Assembly (NCBI GenBank): GCA_964057225.1
Contig: OZ059894.1
Span: 16,864,001-16,928,000, forward strand
DNA: 64,000 nt
Origin: Auanema rhodensis
Lineage: Eukaryota > Animalia > Nematoda
Reading direction: 5' to 3'
Position 1 is the stretch's first letter, and the number at the start of each line of letters is the position of its first letter. The position numbers and the translations under genes are program-made. This document shows positions 12,162 through 29,043 of this stretch, one piece after another. The notes beneath the pieces were generated by a model. It made no database searches. It was not told the origin of the DNA and worked only from the letters and a program-made list of their open reading frames with translations.

Positions 12162-12308
12162 CAGAGTATATCTCAGTGGCATCACTCGAACTAAGAGCAT
12201 CACATCAAAGCCTTGTCTTGCATTTCTTTAATTTCCCTGAAAAGTTGACTATTCGCTAATATACATTTTTAGTTTCCTCATAATATTCTTAATATTCAAT
12301 TTTTTAGA

Positions 12309-13269
12309 ATGCAAAAGCTTTACGTTTTTTTGGCGATAGTCGCAGTTGCTTTCTGTGCCCCAGCCAACGTACCTCACCATGGGGAAAACTTAGATTCATG
12401 CCCATTCCCTAACGGAACCGATAAGGCTCTATATTCCTATATGTGCTCTGATCGTAAGTATATAAATTTAAACTGAAAGTAAAACAAAAACATTTTTTCA
12501 GATGAACAATTCAGAATTGATAACATCACTGTCACGGATCCAAAAGGAAAGGCAATCTATCCAATTGATCCTTCCAAGGAGTTCATTCTCAATCTCTACT
12601 CCTACAACAATGGTCCACAGGTTCGTTGTTTAAAATTTTACTTCATTCTCAACCCAAACATTGGTGTCTTTAGATCAATGACAATAAGGTTAATGTAACC
12701 TTATACCAATACACTAAGGGATGGGTTGGAAATACCTGCGCCTGGAGCACCATTCCCACTTACGGACTTCTGTAAGTCTTCAGAATTATAACTAAAATCG
12801 AAGTATTCACAGCGTTTTGATGCTGCCCATAATTCTTTTATCAGTTACGCAACCATATATGGTTATCTGATAAGATGATGCTCAAATTTCGATATTCTAG
12901 TAATAGATAATGATAAAAACGAAATACTACTATATTCTAAATTATTTATTCTGAATTATCGTAATTTCAGTAACGGGATTGATGGATGTGATTTCGCTCA
13001 CAACTGCCCATTAACTAGTGGACCATTAGTTCTTGAATTACCTATGGATCTTAGTCAATTCAAAGTTATCATCAACATGCTTGCTGCTTACGTAAGTATT
13101 AATATAGTATCATGACTTTTAAAGAATATAAAATATTGCCTTTTAACTATATATACAAATCTATCTATTTCAGAAGCCTTATCAACTTGAGATCCGTCTT
13201 TTCGACTACAACCAAGGATCCCATCATGAAGAGATCGCTTGCGTTATGGCTCAAGTAGAACTCAGTTAA
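12309..13269 (+). CDS. Secreted MD-2-related lipid-recognition (ML / NPC2-like) domain protein
   Basis: Signal peptide MQKLYVFLAIVAVAFCA, then CPFPNGTD...YPIDPSKEFILNL...CAWSTIPTYGLL...GCDFAHNCPLTSGP...PYQLEIRLFD...EIACVMAQVELS*. The Cys pattern (C..CPL..G, terminal IAC) fits ML domains. Five exons. Confidence 0.8.
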
Positions 13270-15569
13270 ATTATTAAAAAAATATCTCTCTCGAGTAATT
13301 TGATTGTTATTTCTTTTTTAAACGAGTCATATCATTATAAAAACAGGTACTGTATATATCCATACATTAAAAAGTTGTATTTTTCGATGAAATCCCGAAC
13401 TTATTGAATGAAAACAACCCGTTGTCCATTAATAAAGTTGAAATTTATACGTCTAACTGTAACAAATTTAAAAGTGATATCATATACAACATAAACTAAA
13501 ATTTGGCTATGTAAAACACAATTCTATTGACTCATTGAATAAGGGAAAATATAAAAAATTAAAACTGCTTTCCTGTGGCAAAAAAAAAAACTGAGTTCAT
13601 GCTCTTATAATTCATTGTCATTATTATTTTCGTAATAACACTTGATAGAAATGAGAACAAATGAAATATGACATCAAAAGAGTTGACAGATTTATTTACA
13701 TTTCTTAAAGAAAAGAAGATCCATAAGGTATTGTACTGTCAACAATCAACATTGTCTCATTCATTCATCTATCCAGATACATTCATACGCATGTAACCTT
13801 TTCAAATTATTCATATGTTGATATAATCGTTCAATATACGTAGATATATACTATATTTGGTAGAAGTTTTATTCAATATAACTTGAAGATTTATCCATCT
13901 AACTATTAGAACATCATTAGTTTTCTATAATTTCTCTGAATAATATTAAATATATTATATTCTTATATTCTATATATTCTATATTGCTTATATTATATGT
14001 CATACCTATTATTTGTTTACTTTGTTTGTCTTCTTTGCGTTGATTAGTCATATATAGCCGTATATGATGAATATAATAGTTGATCTTCTTTTCAAAAGCT
14101 TAACCTAAAATGAAACAAATATTTATTTCGTTTTGATAATTTGCACCTTTGTGTTCTTTCATCAATTTTCTTTTTCTCATTTTTTGTTTCTGAAATCTCT
14201 TGGAAATAATAAGCTTTAATCAACTTATGTGTTTGTTTGATGATTAATGCCTTGAAGAGAGAAGAGAAGACTTTATCGCTATTATATACATATATCATAA
14301 AGTGACAAGGATCAATATCATTCATGTCAATATCTACTTCAAACTATTATATTTTGATCTCATATCTTGTCGAACATGTAGGTTGTAATTCAACTGGCGG
14401 CTGTTAACCGCAACTTAAAACCTATAAATCTCATTCATAATCATTTTTTCTTCTTTGAGGATAATGGTATGCTTTTTCTCGTTCCTGCCCTAATCTTTCA
14501 TGAAAGCGAATAACATCGCTTTTTTTGGAAAATTTTATTTATCCTACAGGCAACCAACTCGTGGTGCAAAGCTGAGCAAATCCGGCCATTGCCAGGATAC
14601 GCGTGTTTGTCGAAAAGAAATAACTTTAGCTTACATTTAAAACTTGAAAAAAGCTTTGTGAGGTTTATTCAACAACTATATTAGCTACTATTCAAGCAAA
14701 GGATATGCTATGTTCCATATACTCTCAGAGAATCAGTCTCCTCGTGTTTCTCAGTTCTTACTCTAGATTATTGAACAGTTAGAAATATTTCATCAATCAA
14801 TTATATATAAATGTATATCATTTGTTTCACTTTTTTTCAATCCTTGGCCTGTATCTTGGCCCATTTTCTTGTATTTCTATTTAATTCCTTTCTGGGACAG
14901 TGAAGTTGTGTCTGTTTCCTTACCAGTCCTTAAGGCCTGCCCTCTTTAAACAATATACAAACAGATGTATCGACACGTACTTGTTGTTGCTAAGGCAATT
15001 CATTAGCCATGTCACTGGCTCCACTTAGCCTCGCGCCTCTCATCCTTCTAGTCATCCAAGTACTTTTCAACTTCTTAATGTCATTTAATGTCCATCTCTA
15101 TCTATCTATTTTCTCTCACTCTTCATGTACATATGTATATTCTGTAAAAGGAGTCTGTGTTTTAAGTCTCATCATCTGTGAAGCCATCTGGTCATTAAAT
15201 ATCTTGTTTTCAATCTTTTCACGCTTAAATGTTGTTTGAAACAAGTTCAAAAAATTGAAGGAGGGAGAACATTTGAGTCACACGTTTAAATCGTTTATTA
15301 AAAAAAATTCGGACTTATTCCATTTTTTTCATTCTTTTGCTTACGGACATCGTACTAATCTAATAATCATAGGCAATGTCATGTGCTATTCATAGTGGAA
15401 TAAGGATTATATTCTTGAAACAAATTGGAAGTGAAAAAAAATAAAAATTATGGCCGTGCTCCCCTTTTTCAGATCGTTGATGCAATCAAAACACTTTCAC
15501 AATTCATCGATTACTGTTTCACAAATTTCTTCTTTAACTTATACTTTTTTCATTTTTTTAGTTTTTTCA

Positions 15570-15668
15570 TCTCTCTTTCTTGTCCTCTATCTCTCTTTCT
15601 TTCTCTCTCAATCACTCTCCCCCCCCCCTCTCTCTCTCTCCCTCTCTCTCCCTCTCCCTCTCTCTCTG
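15570..15668. repeat. Imperfect (CT)n / polypyrimidine microsatellite with a C-run
   Basis: ctctctttct...cccccccctctctctctctccctctctctc, read directly from the sequence. Confidence 0.85.
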
Positions 15669-18600
15669 GCATTCTCACTCCTCCCCAATATCTATTGATA
15701 GTCTTCCCCTAATTTTCGTCTATCTTCTACTTCTTCATCCTTTTTCAGTGTGCGCTAATCTTTCTATTTTCTATTACATTAGAAAATGTTCAGAAGCAAT
15801 CAGAAGTTGAGTCCAAATCCACCCTGACAATAGAATGTGCTTGATTGGGACATTTCTTTCGTTGACCCTGTTCCTAACTAGGAAACTGATTCTATATAAA
15901 TATACAAATGTATGAATTTAACTTGAAATAGATGTATATGTGTATACATTACCCAGGAGTCCAGTTTGCTGGCTTTTTTTCCCTTTTAAACTTTAACCCA
16001 ATTTGTATTTTTCTCACACCACCAAGGTATTTTCATGGCAAGTAGTTTGATTCCCAGCTCTTTGCTGCTATTGTTTGATGGGTGAAGTTCCGATGCACAA
16101 ACCATGGGACTGATTTACTGATGATGAGAGAAAGAGAAAGAAGGAAAGTAGAAGAGGGGTTGGGATGAATAGATAGAGAACGAGGGAGGCAAAGAGTGAG
16201 AGGGTGAATGGAAAAAGAATGGAGTATATGGATCTTCCGTGTTTCTGAAGAAGATACACACATAGTTATCTTCTTTCTTAGGTTTTGTGTACTATGTTTT
16301 TCCTGTTTACGAATTACTACAATTTTTAAAGGTTTTCAGTTTATTTTTGGCATAAAAAATGTGAATATTCACACTTCACACGCATTTTTCCCAAACAATA
16401 ACAATATAGATTTATTCAGTAATAACATATGAAGTCTTATCTTCAGTTGAGCATCTTTAAAATTATTTTTTTTTATTTTTTAAGCCGTACAGTTACCTAT
16501 ATGTAGATAGTTATCTATATTCATTCATAACATACTTTGTTTTTATTGGCTGATTGAAGTCTGCTACTTACTTATCAGAAAAAAATGTATTTCTTAGAAA
16601 AGCATTATGTAAATGAATTCCTTTCTGAATCATCTAAAATTCAAATAAAACCTTATTGTTGACGCGGGTAAAGTACAAGAATTGAACATTCTCAATAAAG
16701 AGAAGGATCCTGCTTTCTCGTCACAACTAAAGCAAATCGAATCAGCCTATGGATTCAGGACGAGTAATGGTTGTGGATCGGCATCTGACGCTTCTCCGTT
16801 GGGTCAGCTTAGCGAAAATCAGTGCAAATGTTGGTAGTAGTTTAATAGTAAATGAAAATAGAGCTTCATTTCTCATGAATCTTTGTTGTATCAACCTTTG
16901 CTTTTATTTCGTTGAGTGTCAACAAACAATATTATAGTCCACTCTCCCTTTCCTGCAACATCTGGATTTTTAGAATGACCTTAACGTATAATTACACTTG
17001 CTGGAAAGAAAAAATGGAATTTAGCTAAGCGATCTTTATTTTTTTAGTTTTATTTCTCAGTTCTCATGATTTATATTATAAATGCTATAGCTGAGGACAT
17101 TCAAACTAAAGTTGAAACCAAAATCTCAATGTTTTTTCTTCTTACTTATACTATTTCGTTTATCCAAAGACTGTATCATATATTACATCTTACACTTTGA
17201 TTTTTTTTTCTTGAATAGTTGATATTTTGAAAGAAATTTTTATGTATTTGTGGAAAAATCCAGCAAGAAATGTATCTATTCATATGTAATTGTGACCATT
17301 TTTGATGCATTTTATATAGACTTAAAGGAAAGTTTTTTTTAACTTTTACATTTTTATTCATATATAACAATATAAATACATGAATTTATACACACATACA
17401 TATATCTATATGTTGGATATATTTATAAAATATAACTTTTACTAAAAACCATTATTTCAAGATTATTATCACATTGTTTTTTCGCAAAATACATATAAAC
17501 ACGTGGATTTTCAATTTTTTTTCGTCATTTTCCTTGTACATCAATGTTCTAATGTTCCTTTTTTTGTTGAAAATGTTCAACTTGACTCTTAATTGACAAT
17601 TCAATCTCTAATCTTAACTAAAGTTAATATTTACATTTCCTTTTGAGTGTCTCAATTTTTAAATCGCTAATCGATTTCTTCTTGGCCCGTTGAAATATTT
17701 TTTTCTGCTTTAACATAAGATTAAAATGAAAATTAAAATTGGTTAATTTGATCATTTATATGTTTTATTATTCTGAACTAATCCAATATTCTAGTATAAC
17801 AGCTACAAAGGCTTACTATCCTTTCCTTTTATTATACTTTTAATGCTTTTTTTCAACTTTTATATCGATCTTCGTATAGATTTACGCATCATTTTGTTGT
17901 TTTGCAATTAATAATATTCTAGCCAGATATTCAATTCATTTTTAACTTTGGAGAGTTGTTTTTCATATTTCCATATAAGATAAATAACCTTCATTTCGTT
18001 TTTTTCAACACTTTTTAACTTTTTTTTTGCTGATAGTTACAAGTATATTGATATTTAGTCTGTTTTATACTATATAATTAAAAACATCTAATAAAATGTA
18101 TTAAACGAAACATGATTGCATGTTAATTGGCTATTTGGCCTTCTCGTTTATCGTTTTTTTTGAATTTCAAACACCACATTATGCTGAACGTATGTATGTA
18201 TTATGTAGGTGTGGATGAATGTATGTTGTTATCGATATGCAGCTGTATTTGAAATAGTTCTATGTGTCTGTGTGTGTGTGTGTTCATATGTGTTCTGAAA
18301 AAGTTTATTTGAAATCAGTTTAATTCTTAATTATTTGAATGAATGACATTGAAATTGAAATATCTGGGAAATATATTAATCAGTTTCTCTCTATTATTAG
18401 ATTTTAATTTAATTTTATAGATTTGTATATTATTTAAAATAACAAACTATATGTATATAGATATCAATATTATTGTTTTTTCGGTTAATTAATGAAAAAA
18501 AACAATTTGAATTTTAGTTTGAAAATTAAAATATGTGTGTAACATAGATAGTGTTGAGAATGAAAAGATGATAACAATGAAAATAAATCGAAATGAGCTT

Positions 18601-19261
18601 ATGTTCATCTTGTGCCAGGATGAGATGTAGAAATCATGATTTATTGAATTAAAGAGGAAAAATTGATCTGATAAAGTTCAATACTTTAACATGTGAAAAT
18701 TCATTTTTCAAAGATATATTATAGGAGAATTGTATTTTTATAAAGTAGTGTAGAAACGTTTTTGTTTTATTTTTAATTTCTATTACTTTATAATATATTT
18801 TTATATTTTATATTTATTTCATATACACAATTTATATACATTATTGTATTTGACATGAAAATTTATTTAATTTTGAGGCTTATACATTCAAACCATTTAC
18901 TAATTCTTAGCATCATCTAGTCCATTATTATCATCTAATTATTGTCAAGGTCGTTGTTCAATTGATGATGTCACATAGCCTTATGTCTCAGAAAGGATTT
19001 AAGTTGTAAAATCCTTTTTTTCTGATGAATTGTCGATCGTTAAAACTGGAAATGTACGTTTTTCAATCCAATATTTGTCATTTATTATTTGCAAATAGAT
19101 TTCTTTGAAAGCTATTTAAACATGCATGATAGTATCTTGCTGGAAAAACTTATTTTTTTTCTTCATTTTCATCATCAAAATATTCTAATTATCTTTTTTC
19201 TATAACAAAAAGAAAAACAACAATCTTGAATATTATACTTCCTCAATAATTCTTAGAAATA

Positions 19262-19300
19262 ATGACGATGATGATGATGATGTTAATGATGATGATGATG
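19262..19300. repeat. Imperfect (GAT)n trinucleotide repeat
   Basis: atgacgatgatgatgatgatgttaatgatgatgatgatg. Confidence 0.8.
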
Positions 19301-21912
19301 AAGGTCATCTTTCATTGTAGAACTAAGACGTTTTATAAACATCAAACTTCATTCAGTTGAGCCAAATACTCGTTAATGCTACCCTTAAATCCGTTTGCTT
19401 TTTATTTATAATATAAGTTTATTATTATATATTTATAGTTTTTTTTCTCAATATTATTATCCATAAATGTGAAAATCTCTTTTGCTCTTTTTACTGTTTC
19501 ATTTTAATATTTCTTATCAATTTTCAGCTACGTATTATACATCATTTTAATCATTATTTAATTAGTCATCTTTTAATTTTATACGTCATTATTCCGCAAT
19601 TTGATTTTAATGTTATGATTTTATCAATTTTTATTTTTTATTTTCAAAGATTAAGCTTAAACTGTTTTTTTTTGCTTTTTTCTTTTCATGTACATGCATG
19701 TATATACATATATGTTTTTATAAATTCAAATAAAGATTTTAGTTAAAGATATCTAAATCTTTTAAGAAACGTCTATCATTATAATTATCTATGATTATTC
19801 TCTTTTTCTCATATTAAATTCTATATATGCATGTATGTATATGTATACGTATATCTTCAGTTTTCTCTTATTCTCGCATTCTACCACCTTTATCACTCTA
19901 TCTTGCTATCTGTACCCACCCTTTCCTTCCGAAATCAAACTGTTCATGTTACTCTTCTCTGATAAGATTCGACTGAACTGTATTGTGATTTTCGACTTTG
20001 ACATTGATTTTCATTCAACTTTCCGGAGATGCAATCTCCGTTCAAGAAACATGCATTCATTTGTCAGAAACACGTTCTTTTTCAAGCTTTTATCCTCTAA
20101 TTACTTTATTTTCTCTGTATTTTGGATAAAATGTAAGAGAAAATTTAGGTTTTCATGACACATGTTTCTTTCACAGATTAGATTACAAATACGGAAAGAT
20201 TTGTTAGTAACGCTTCATCTATTGATTATTTTCTTCCAAATAATTTTTATTAGTAGTTAAACAGAAATATTAAAGATATCATATAACAATTTTATATTTA
20301 TATTTATTTTTATTTTGTACGAAATCTATTATATAAATCCATTATAATGTTCGAAAATTTTACTATTTGCATGAGAGTTTTAGCAATTATGTGTTGAAAA
20401 CGTCTTGATCACCACTCTAAATCCTTTTTCATTTCATCTTCTTTCTCACAAAGTGAGTACAAACTCAACTATTTCTTAATTATATATGTAAATTGATGAT
20501 AGAATGCTTGCAAAATCTATGAAATCGTCGGCTTTTACTTCTGTTTCTTTTCAGCACATACTTTGCATAATGAAGTTGATTAACACGAGATTAATTGCTC
20601 TCTCGCATTTACTTCTTCACTATTAACTAATTTTAAATCTTACATTGTTTCATTCATTTCAAGTATTTAGAGACAGAATAATCTAAATGAACTCATTAAT
20701 GACGTGAGAATTTTCATTTTTATTGACAAACAGTGCACAAAACGTTTTTATTTTCATCTTTATTCTTATTGAAACATGTATTTGTTTGATTTTCACAAAA
20801 TTCAACTCAAAAAGATTTCTAAAAAGGATTGTAGAATCAAATCCATCATTATAATATGAGATGTTGTCGTTCATCATCAACGGTCTTTGATATCAATTTC
20901 CACATCGGCCCTCTTTGTGACATGAAAGGAAAAGGTTTCAGATACGTTAGTAGTATAACTATCTATAACATATATTATAGAAATCTTTAAAGATTATTCG
21001 TATTCTTCTTTGTACTCATATAATCTGTTTGAATGTTTTCTTTTAATTACATTTATCTAGATGATACAATGTTATCTTTCTTCATAAATTCAGATTTCTT
21101 TTATTTGCTATTTCTTTCCTTTTTTTCCGCCAATTTAATTATATATTACACATAGTTTATTTACCTCATCTATTCTCTTTTCATTCTTCTTTTCATTTTT
21201 TATTAACAATTTTTGTTAATTTCTTTTAAATTCTATTGTTTAACACCTGGTCACTGATTTATGCAATAGATCTTCAAATTTTATGAGCAAAACGAAATCT
21301 CTCATATGAAAATCACTATGTCCTTCATAAATCTTCATATATTCTTCTTTATTTCTTTATCTTTTCTTCTTTTATTTCTAACTTACCCTACTCATTATCT
21401 TCAAATAGTTAAACTGTCTATATGTACTGCCTTCAATTTCTTTTACTATACCGCAATTAGTTTACTACTTTTCTCAATATTGTGTGTATTCGGCCTTCAA
21501 ATCAAACAGATCTCATATGAAACCTACATAGACCTATAATTAATTTCCTATTTGAGTTCATTCGAATAAGCATTGTTTTTCAATTTTGTTTATGAATTTT
21601 AACAATTTCTTGTTTTGATTTTCTATGTAAAACTAGATAGAATTTGATAAAATATGCATTTCAGCCATTGTTTATATTGAAAATAGTTCAGTTAATCTTA
21701 AAAAAAAGCTATACCTATCCTTTTTTATCTATATATATAAATCATTTTATATAATTGTAACATTGGCCTTTTTCGTTTTATAAAATGTACTTTTTGAACT
21801 AATAATTATCGTTCATTTAAATATTTATAACTTTATTTCTTATCAATCTACTTTATCTTTATATTTAATGATATATTTTGTATTATTAAGGTACATGAGC
21901 TTTTAAACCAGT

Positions 21913-24221
<2,309 letters not shown>

Positions 24222-24876
24222 AAAGTGGAATAGTTGATTGAAACAACTATCCAAATAAAGTTAGAGTTTTAGGAGAAATCGGCTATAAGTTTAAACGGTT
24301 AAATTATTTATGTTTTAATTTTGTTTTTGTTTTAACATTCATATTTTTCTTGCCTTGAAAAGTAACAACTTTCAAATAGTTTAACTGTATTATTTGAGAA
24401 CATTTGTCAAAATAGGGTTTTGTAAGCCATTTTTTTTTACTTTTTGAAAGATTTTTATTATTTCTTTGACTCGTTTTTCTTTGAACACACTGCTATTTAC
24501 TTTAATTAGGCGTTAAGAATATACGGGTTTTTATATCAAACTGAATGTTTCTTCTTGTCACCTGTCTGTGATTTGAATTTGCTCAAAAAAATAAAAAAAC
24601 CGATAAAACTATGTTTACAATTTGTTTTTTTTCTTAATTGAATATGAATTATAACTCAATAAAATGATAGAAAATTGAAATTTTCATTCAAAAATTATAT
24701 ACAAAATTAATATAAATATAACTGTCATGAATAATATAAAGCATTTTTAATTAAAACTAGGAAAATACATGATTATGTTTTAGAAAATAAAATAAATACT
24801 CCCACAATCTCAAGTGATAATCGTCCTAAATTGAAATTAAAAAAAAACAAAAAATTAAGTGAACATTTTTAAAAAA

Positions 24877-25110
24877 TTAATAAGAAATGTATAATATTAA
24901 TATTGGGATGATATAATGAGCAAGATTAACAAAATTGGTTGAGCTTAATTTGCCTTCCGGTCTTGGAGCATTTAGAACTTCTAATGGAACTACCTAGAAT
25001 TATATCTCATGGTTATATGAAGTATATAAAGTAATTGAACTAACCAAAGCATCTTCACTTCTTTCTAATAGATGCTCTTCACAATGTGGAGATGGACTAA
25101 ACATACAGAG
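24877..25110 (-). CDS. Two orphan coding exons ending in a hydrophobic C-terminal tail (possible alternative lipase 3' end or a small ORF)
   Basis: TTTTAG|LCMFSPSPHCEEHLLERSEDAL (25110-25045), a 51-nt GT-AG intron, then VVPLEVLNAPRPEGKLSSTNFVNLAHYIIPILILYISY* (24993-24877). Confidence 0.5.
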
Positions 25111-25390
25111 CTAAAATAAATGTATTTAAAATAATTTTAATATAAAAAAAAGTATTTATTTATTGAATAATTACATATACATACATATGTATAACCGAAT
25201 ATTTATTATTTTGTTAAAATATTATATTTAATATTTGAATTCTATACAATTCTATAATATATTGATTCAAATGTTAATTTAAAAATTAGTAAGCCCGTTT
25301 TGATAGCAAGTTCTGAATTGGTATAAGTATGTGATAAATGCTTCAAGACCTTTTGTTATTTTTTTTTGAATTTTTTGTTAAAAAATCTAT

Positions 25391-26980
25391 TTACTCTAAA
25401 CCAATTGTTCTTGTTAATATGTTAATTTTACGCACAACTTGATCCAAAACTCCTGGCTTTCCTTCGGGTAATGTAGCGTCGCAACCTGATTTACCATACT
25501 CTGGCACCTGAATCACATAAATTGATTAATTAATACTGATTGTCTTTATAAATTACTCGAACTGTGAAATAATGTCTATGATCCCATATGTAACTGCTGG
25601 TTTGATCATATCGGAACTTGATTCTATCAGAGCAAGAGAAATCTTCATTCTTTGGGGTTCCAGTACATTCTTTGTAATATGCTCCTGGTTCCATAGAATC
25701 TGGATACCTGTAAATGGCATTGATGTAAAATTAAATGTGTGAAGCTAACCATATTTCAGTTCCATGATGATATGATTTATCCATAGCAGTATTATCACAT
25801 GGCCGATTGTCGTTACCAAGTTCATCTGTATGTACTTTGTGACATGCTGGTAAATGTGGAACAATATCTCGACGAAATACTACTCGAAAACTAGAAATAA
25901 GCTTTTGTTCCTTTGTTATATCTTGTATACAATACCTGTAAGGAATAAGCTTATCAAAATTTGTGGCATATTCTAAAGTTCCAACTCGCGGCTGCCCAAA
26001 CGTTATAATCTTCACTTGGCCACCAGTTCGAAATCCTCAAACATGTTTTTCATTTACAATCTCTGATTCTAGTTTTATTTCCTTTATTCTGCTTGTTTAC
26101 TGACTAATTTCAAATTCAACAACCGTTCCATGCTTCTACACAAAGAAGAATGAGACAAGCTTGTCTCTGTCAGATTGTTCACGTTTTTCTCGTGAGAAAT
26201 TATATAAAGAAAGATGAAATTAGCATACCTTGTCTAACAGTTCGAGCTGCTGCTAATGACGCTAATGCTCCACCTAAGGAGTGTCCGGTGAAAATAGTCA
26301 TATAATCCTAGAATATATGATTAAAAACTTTTATTTTTAATAGATATTATTACTTTCAAGGATGGATCTTGAAGAACTTTTTCGATTTCTGGCCATAAAA
26401 TGAGATGAGCATTCAAAAAATATCTATTAACCTAAATTTTTAACATATAAATTAGTCTTTTTGTGAAAAAAAAGACGTACATTTCCCATTTCAAAGAAGT
26501 CAACCCCAGGCTGGATAGAATCCCATCCTTCTAATAGTAATTGAGCCTATAAATGAAAATTTAAAAATAATTATAAACAGATTAGCCTTACTTTGGTTTT
26601 TGTACCTCTGAACACAATATTCAATTCCCGAGTTGTATTTGATATAACTAGAAATAGATTATAATGTTATTGAGTTTAAACTTGAATAACTAACCAACAT
26701 AGCTTTCACATGTATTATCTAAATGATCACATACTTTAGATAATTTCAGTATAACTTCACGTTCTTCATGATTTGGATATGTTCTAAACAATATTTCTTT
26801 TAAAAATAAAAAATATATTAGCTTGAATCACTTGTTCAAACAATTGTCATGCTCATCTCCATAGGCAGCAGCTGCCAAATTCAGGAGCTTCCTAGCTTCA
26901 ACTTCATTATAAGCGGTATGCTTTCCGGGAAATGGAATACATGAGACTGTTGTTAGAAATAGCAAAAACAGTAGAAACAT
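25391..26980 (-). CDS. Secreted class 3 lipase (Lipase_3)
   Basis: Signal peptide MFLLFLLFLTTVSC, then LLNLAAAAYG, IVFRGT, the nucleophile motif FTGHSLGGALA, ITFGQPRVG, FRVVFRRDIVPHLP, YHHGTEIWYP and WDHRHYF. Stop at 25391-25393. Confidence 0.95.
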
Positions 26981-29043
26981 TACAACTTACTATCTAAACA
27001 TAAAAATAAAATTATTATTGATATCTATGATGAAGAATGATTGGAATTATTTGTGGAAAAAACGATGGGCAACTATATAGAAAAGACGGGTTGACGATTG
27101 ATGGAAGGTATGGTGCATTAAGTTATATCAATCGAAAATGACATAATCAGAACATTTTAAAATTATAAAAAAAAAAAAAAAATTGAATGATCAGCTATCC
27201 TAAGAGTTGGGAAATCGATATTAATAGTCAAATAGTCAAAACGACAATTGGAATGACCTCAATTTAAATAGGAAAGTCAGTTAACCTCAAGGACAGTAAT
27301 ATATCTTATTCTAATAGATTTAAATAATTAACAAAATAATAATTTTATGAAGAGTTTTTGTTATAATAATCAACAAAAATATTATAGAAATAGCTATATG
27401 AAAACGGAAAAAGCTATTATATGATTTAAATTCGAAATATTATAGGATGAAACAGAAAGAATAGCTGAGTATACTTTCTTTCTTTTAATCCAAAGATTTT
27501 TTTAATCTCATTGACATGAAAAACCTGTTTGGTAAGATCGAAAAATGCTTAATTGTGAACAGAAAACGATAACCTTTTTGAAATTAAACGAAATTCATAA
27601 AAGAAACTTTCACAAATATTTATAATATTTCATTAATTTTTAGATAAAATAAAAGAAATAGAGTTAATAAAAGATAAAATTTCAGTGTTTATTGTTATTT
27701 TCAATAAAAAATCATGAAATATATATATAATTGCTGATACTGCGACACATCATTTAGGAAGAGGTTATAGTAGCAGGTAGGAGGACATCTGTATTCTCTC
27801 TATTACGTCGATGGTAAGCAAACTCTATAATCGTCTAGTGTCCATTATCTCAACCGGTTTTACGAAATGAGCTCTCGTGTGTTCCAGTCTAAGGTTATAA
27901 AATCGGATTAAGAGAGTTTTGTTAAATATTTTGAACTCGTTCAGGTTTTTTTAGGTTCATGAATCATGACTCTACTCATAAAAAAAATTAGATTTATCAT
28001 TTTTAAAATTGATAATCTTCAATTGATTTGATGATAGCGATTTAATAACAATTGAAAAATAATCATAGTTTTTGTATATCATATGTATATATTTGAAAAA
28101 ATAGAAAATAATATAGAATATATGCATATACATTCATAAAAGAATTTAAATTTTAGTAAAAGATTATGATAAAACAAGGAAAATAATAAAAACTGAAACT
28201 TGTATATAGAAAAATATAAATTTCTTCTTCATAATCTTCTTCATCTGTTTTTTTTTCGACCAATAAAAGAGTAGTGATTCACAAATATCTATGCTTGTCC
28301 AGTGAACAGTTGAAATATGATCGAAAAGTTTGAGTATGATGAATAGAAGGCAATTGAACTTAAATGGACATATTGTGTATATTTAAGGAACAATTTATGG
28401 CAAAACGTGTATGATCTATTATGTTTTTAACGACAACCTATAGTCATTGTCAGCATCTTCATCTTTTCTCCTTTTTTTAACTGAAAACGAGCGGCCAGAA
28501 AAGAGGCAGGTCTTCTTCAAATAGTAGAAGTACCCAAGGACATGGACGTGATGCTTAGGCTGGACACAACAAATAGTTTGATGTGAGAAAACCTTGTACT
28601 ACGACTCTCTCTTACTATATTTCCTATAATCGTATTTCTCAAAATGTATTGAATTATGTAAAATGACATAAGATCATAAAAGTAAAATAAATAAAAAGTT
28701 ATAAGAAGAATACACTGTTGCAAAGAAATTTTTTTTGTGATGCTCATGGTCAGGTTTTCGTTGATTTAAAAATATTTTTATCTAGAAAGAACGTTTGTTG
28801 ACAGACATAATAAACAGGAAAATAATATAAAATAGTTTCAGATATTTATTTAAATTATATAAAAAATATATTTTCACATACAAAATACTGCCGTGTACAT
28901 ATACATACAATTCGGAGGTTAATGATATCTGAACCGTAAATGAAAGCAGAAAACCATCTTATATCCTAAATTATATTCAGAATAAATGGAACCCTATAAA
29001 GAATTATTTGTATTTCACGCCATATATATATAGATATTTTGAA

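Noticed and set aside
14986-14999. X-box-like GTTGCTAAGGCAAT
   Set aside because: It mismatches the DAF-19 consensus core and end, and no ciliary gene start lies nearby.
27750-28620. Two GC-richer patches between the lipase and the PPxY gene's 3' end
   Set aside because: The frames I read closed quickly, and I could not build a consistent spliced model on either strand.
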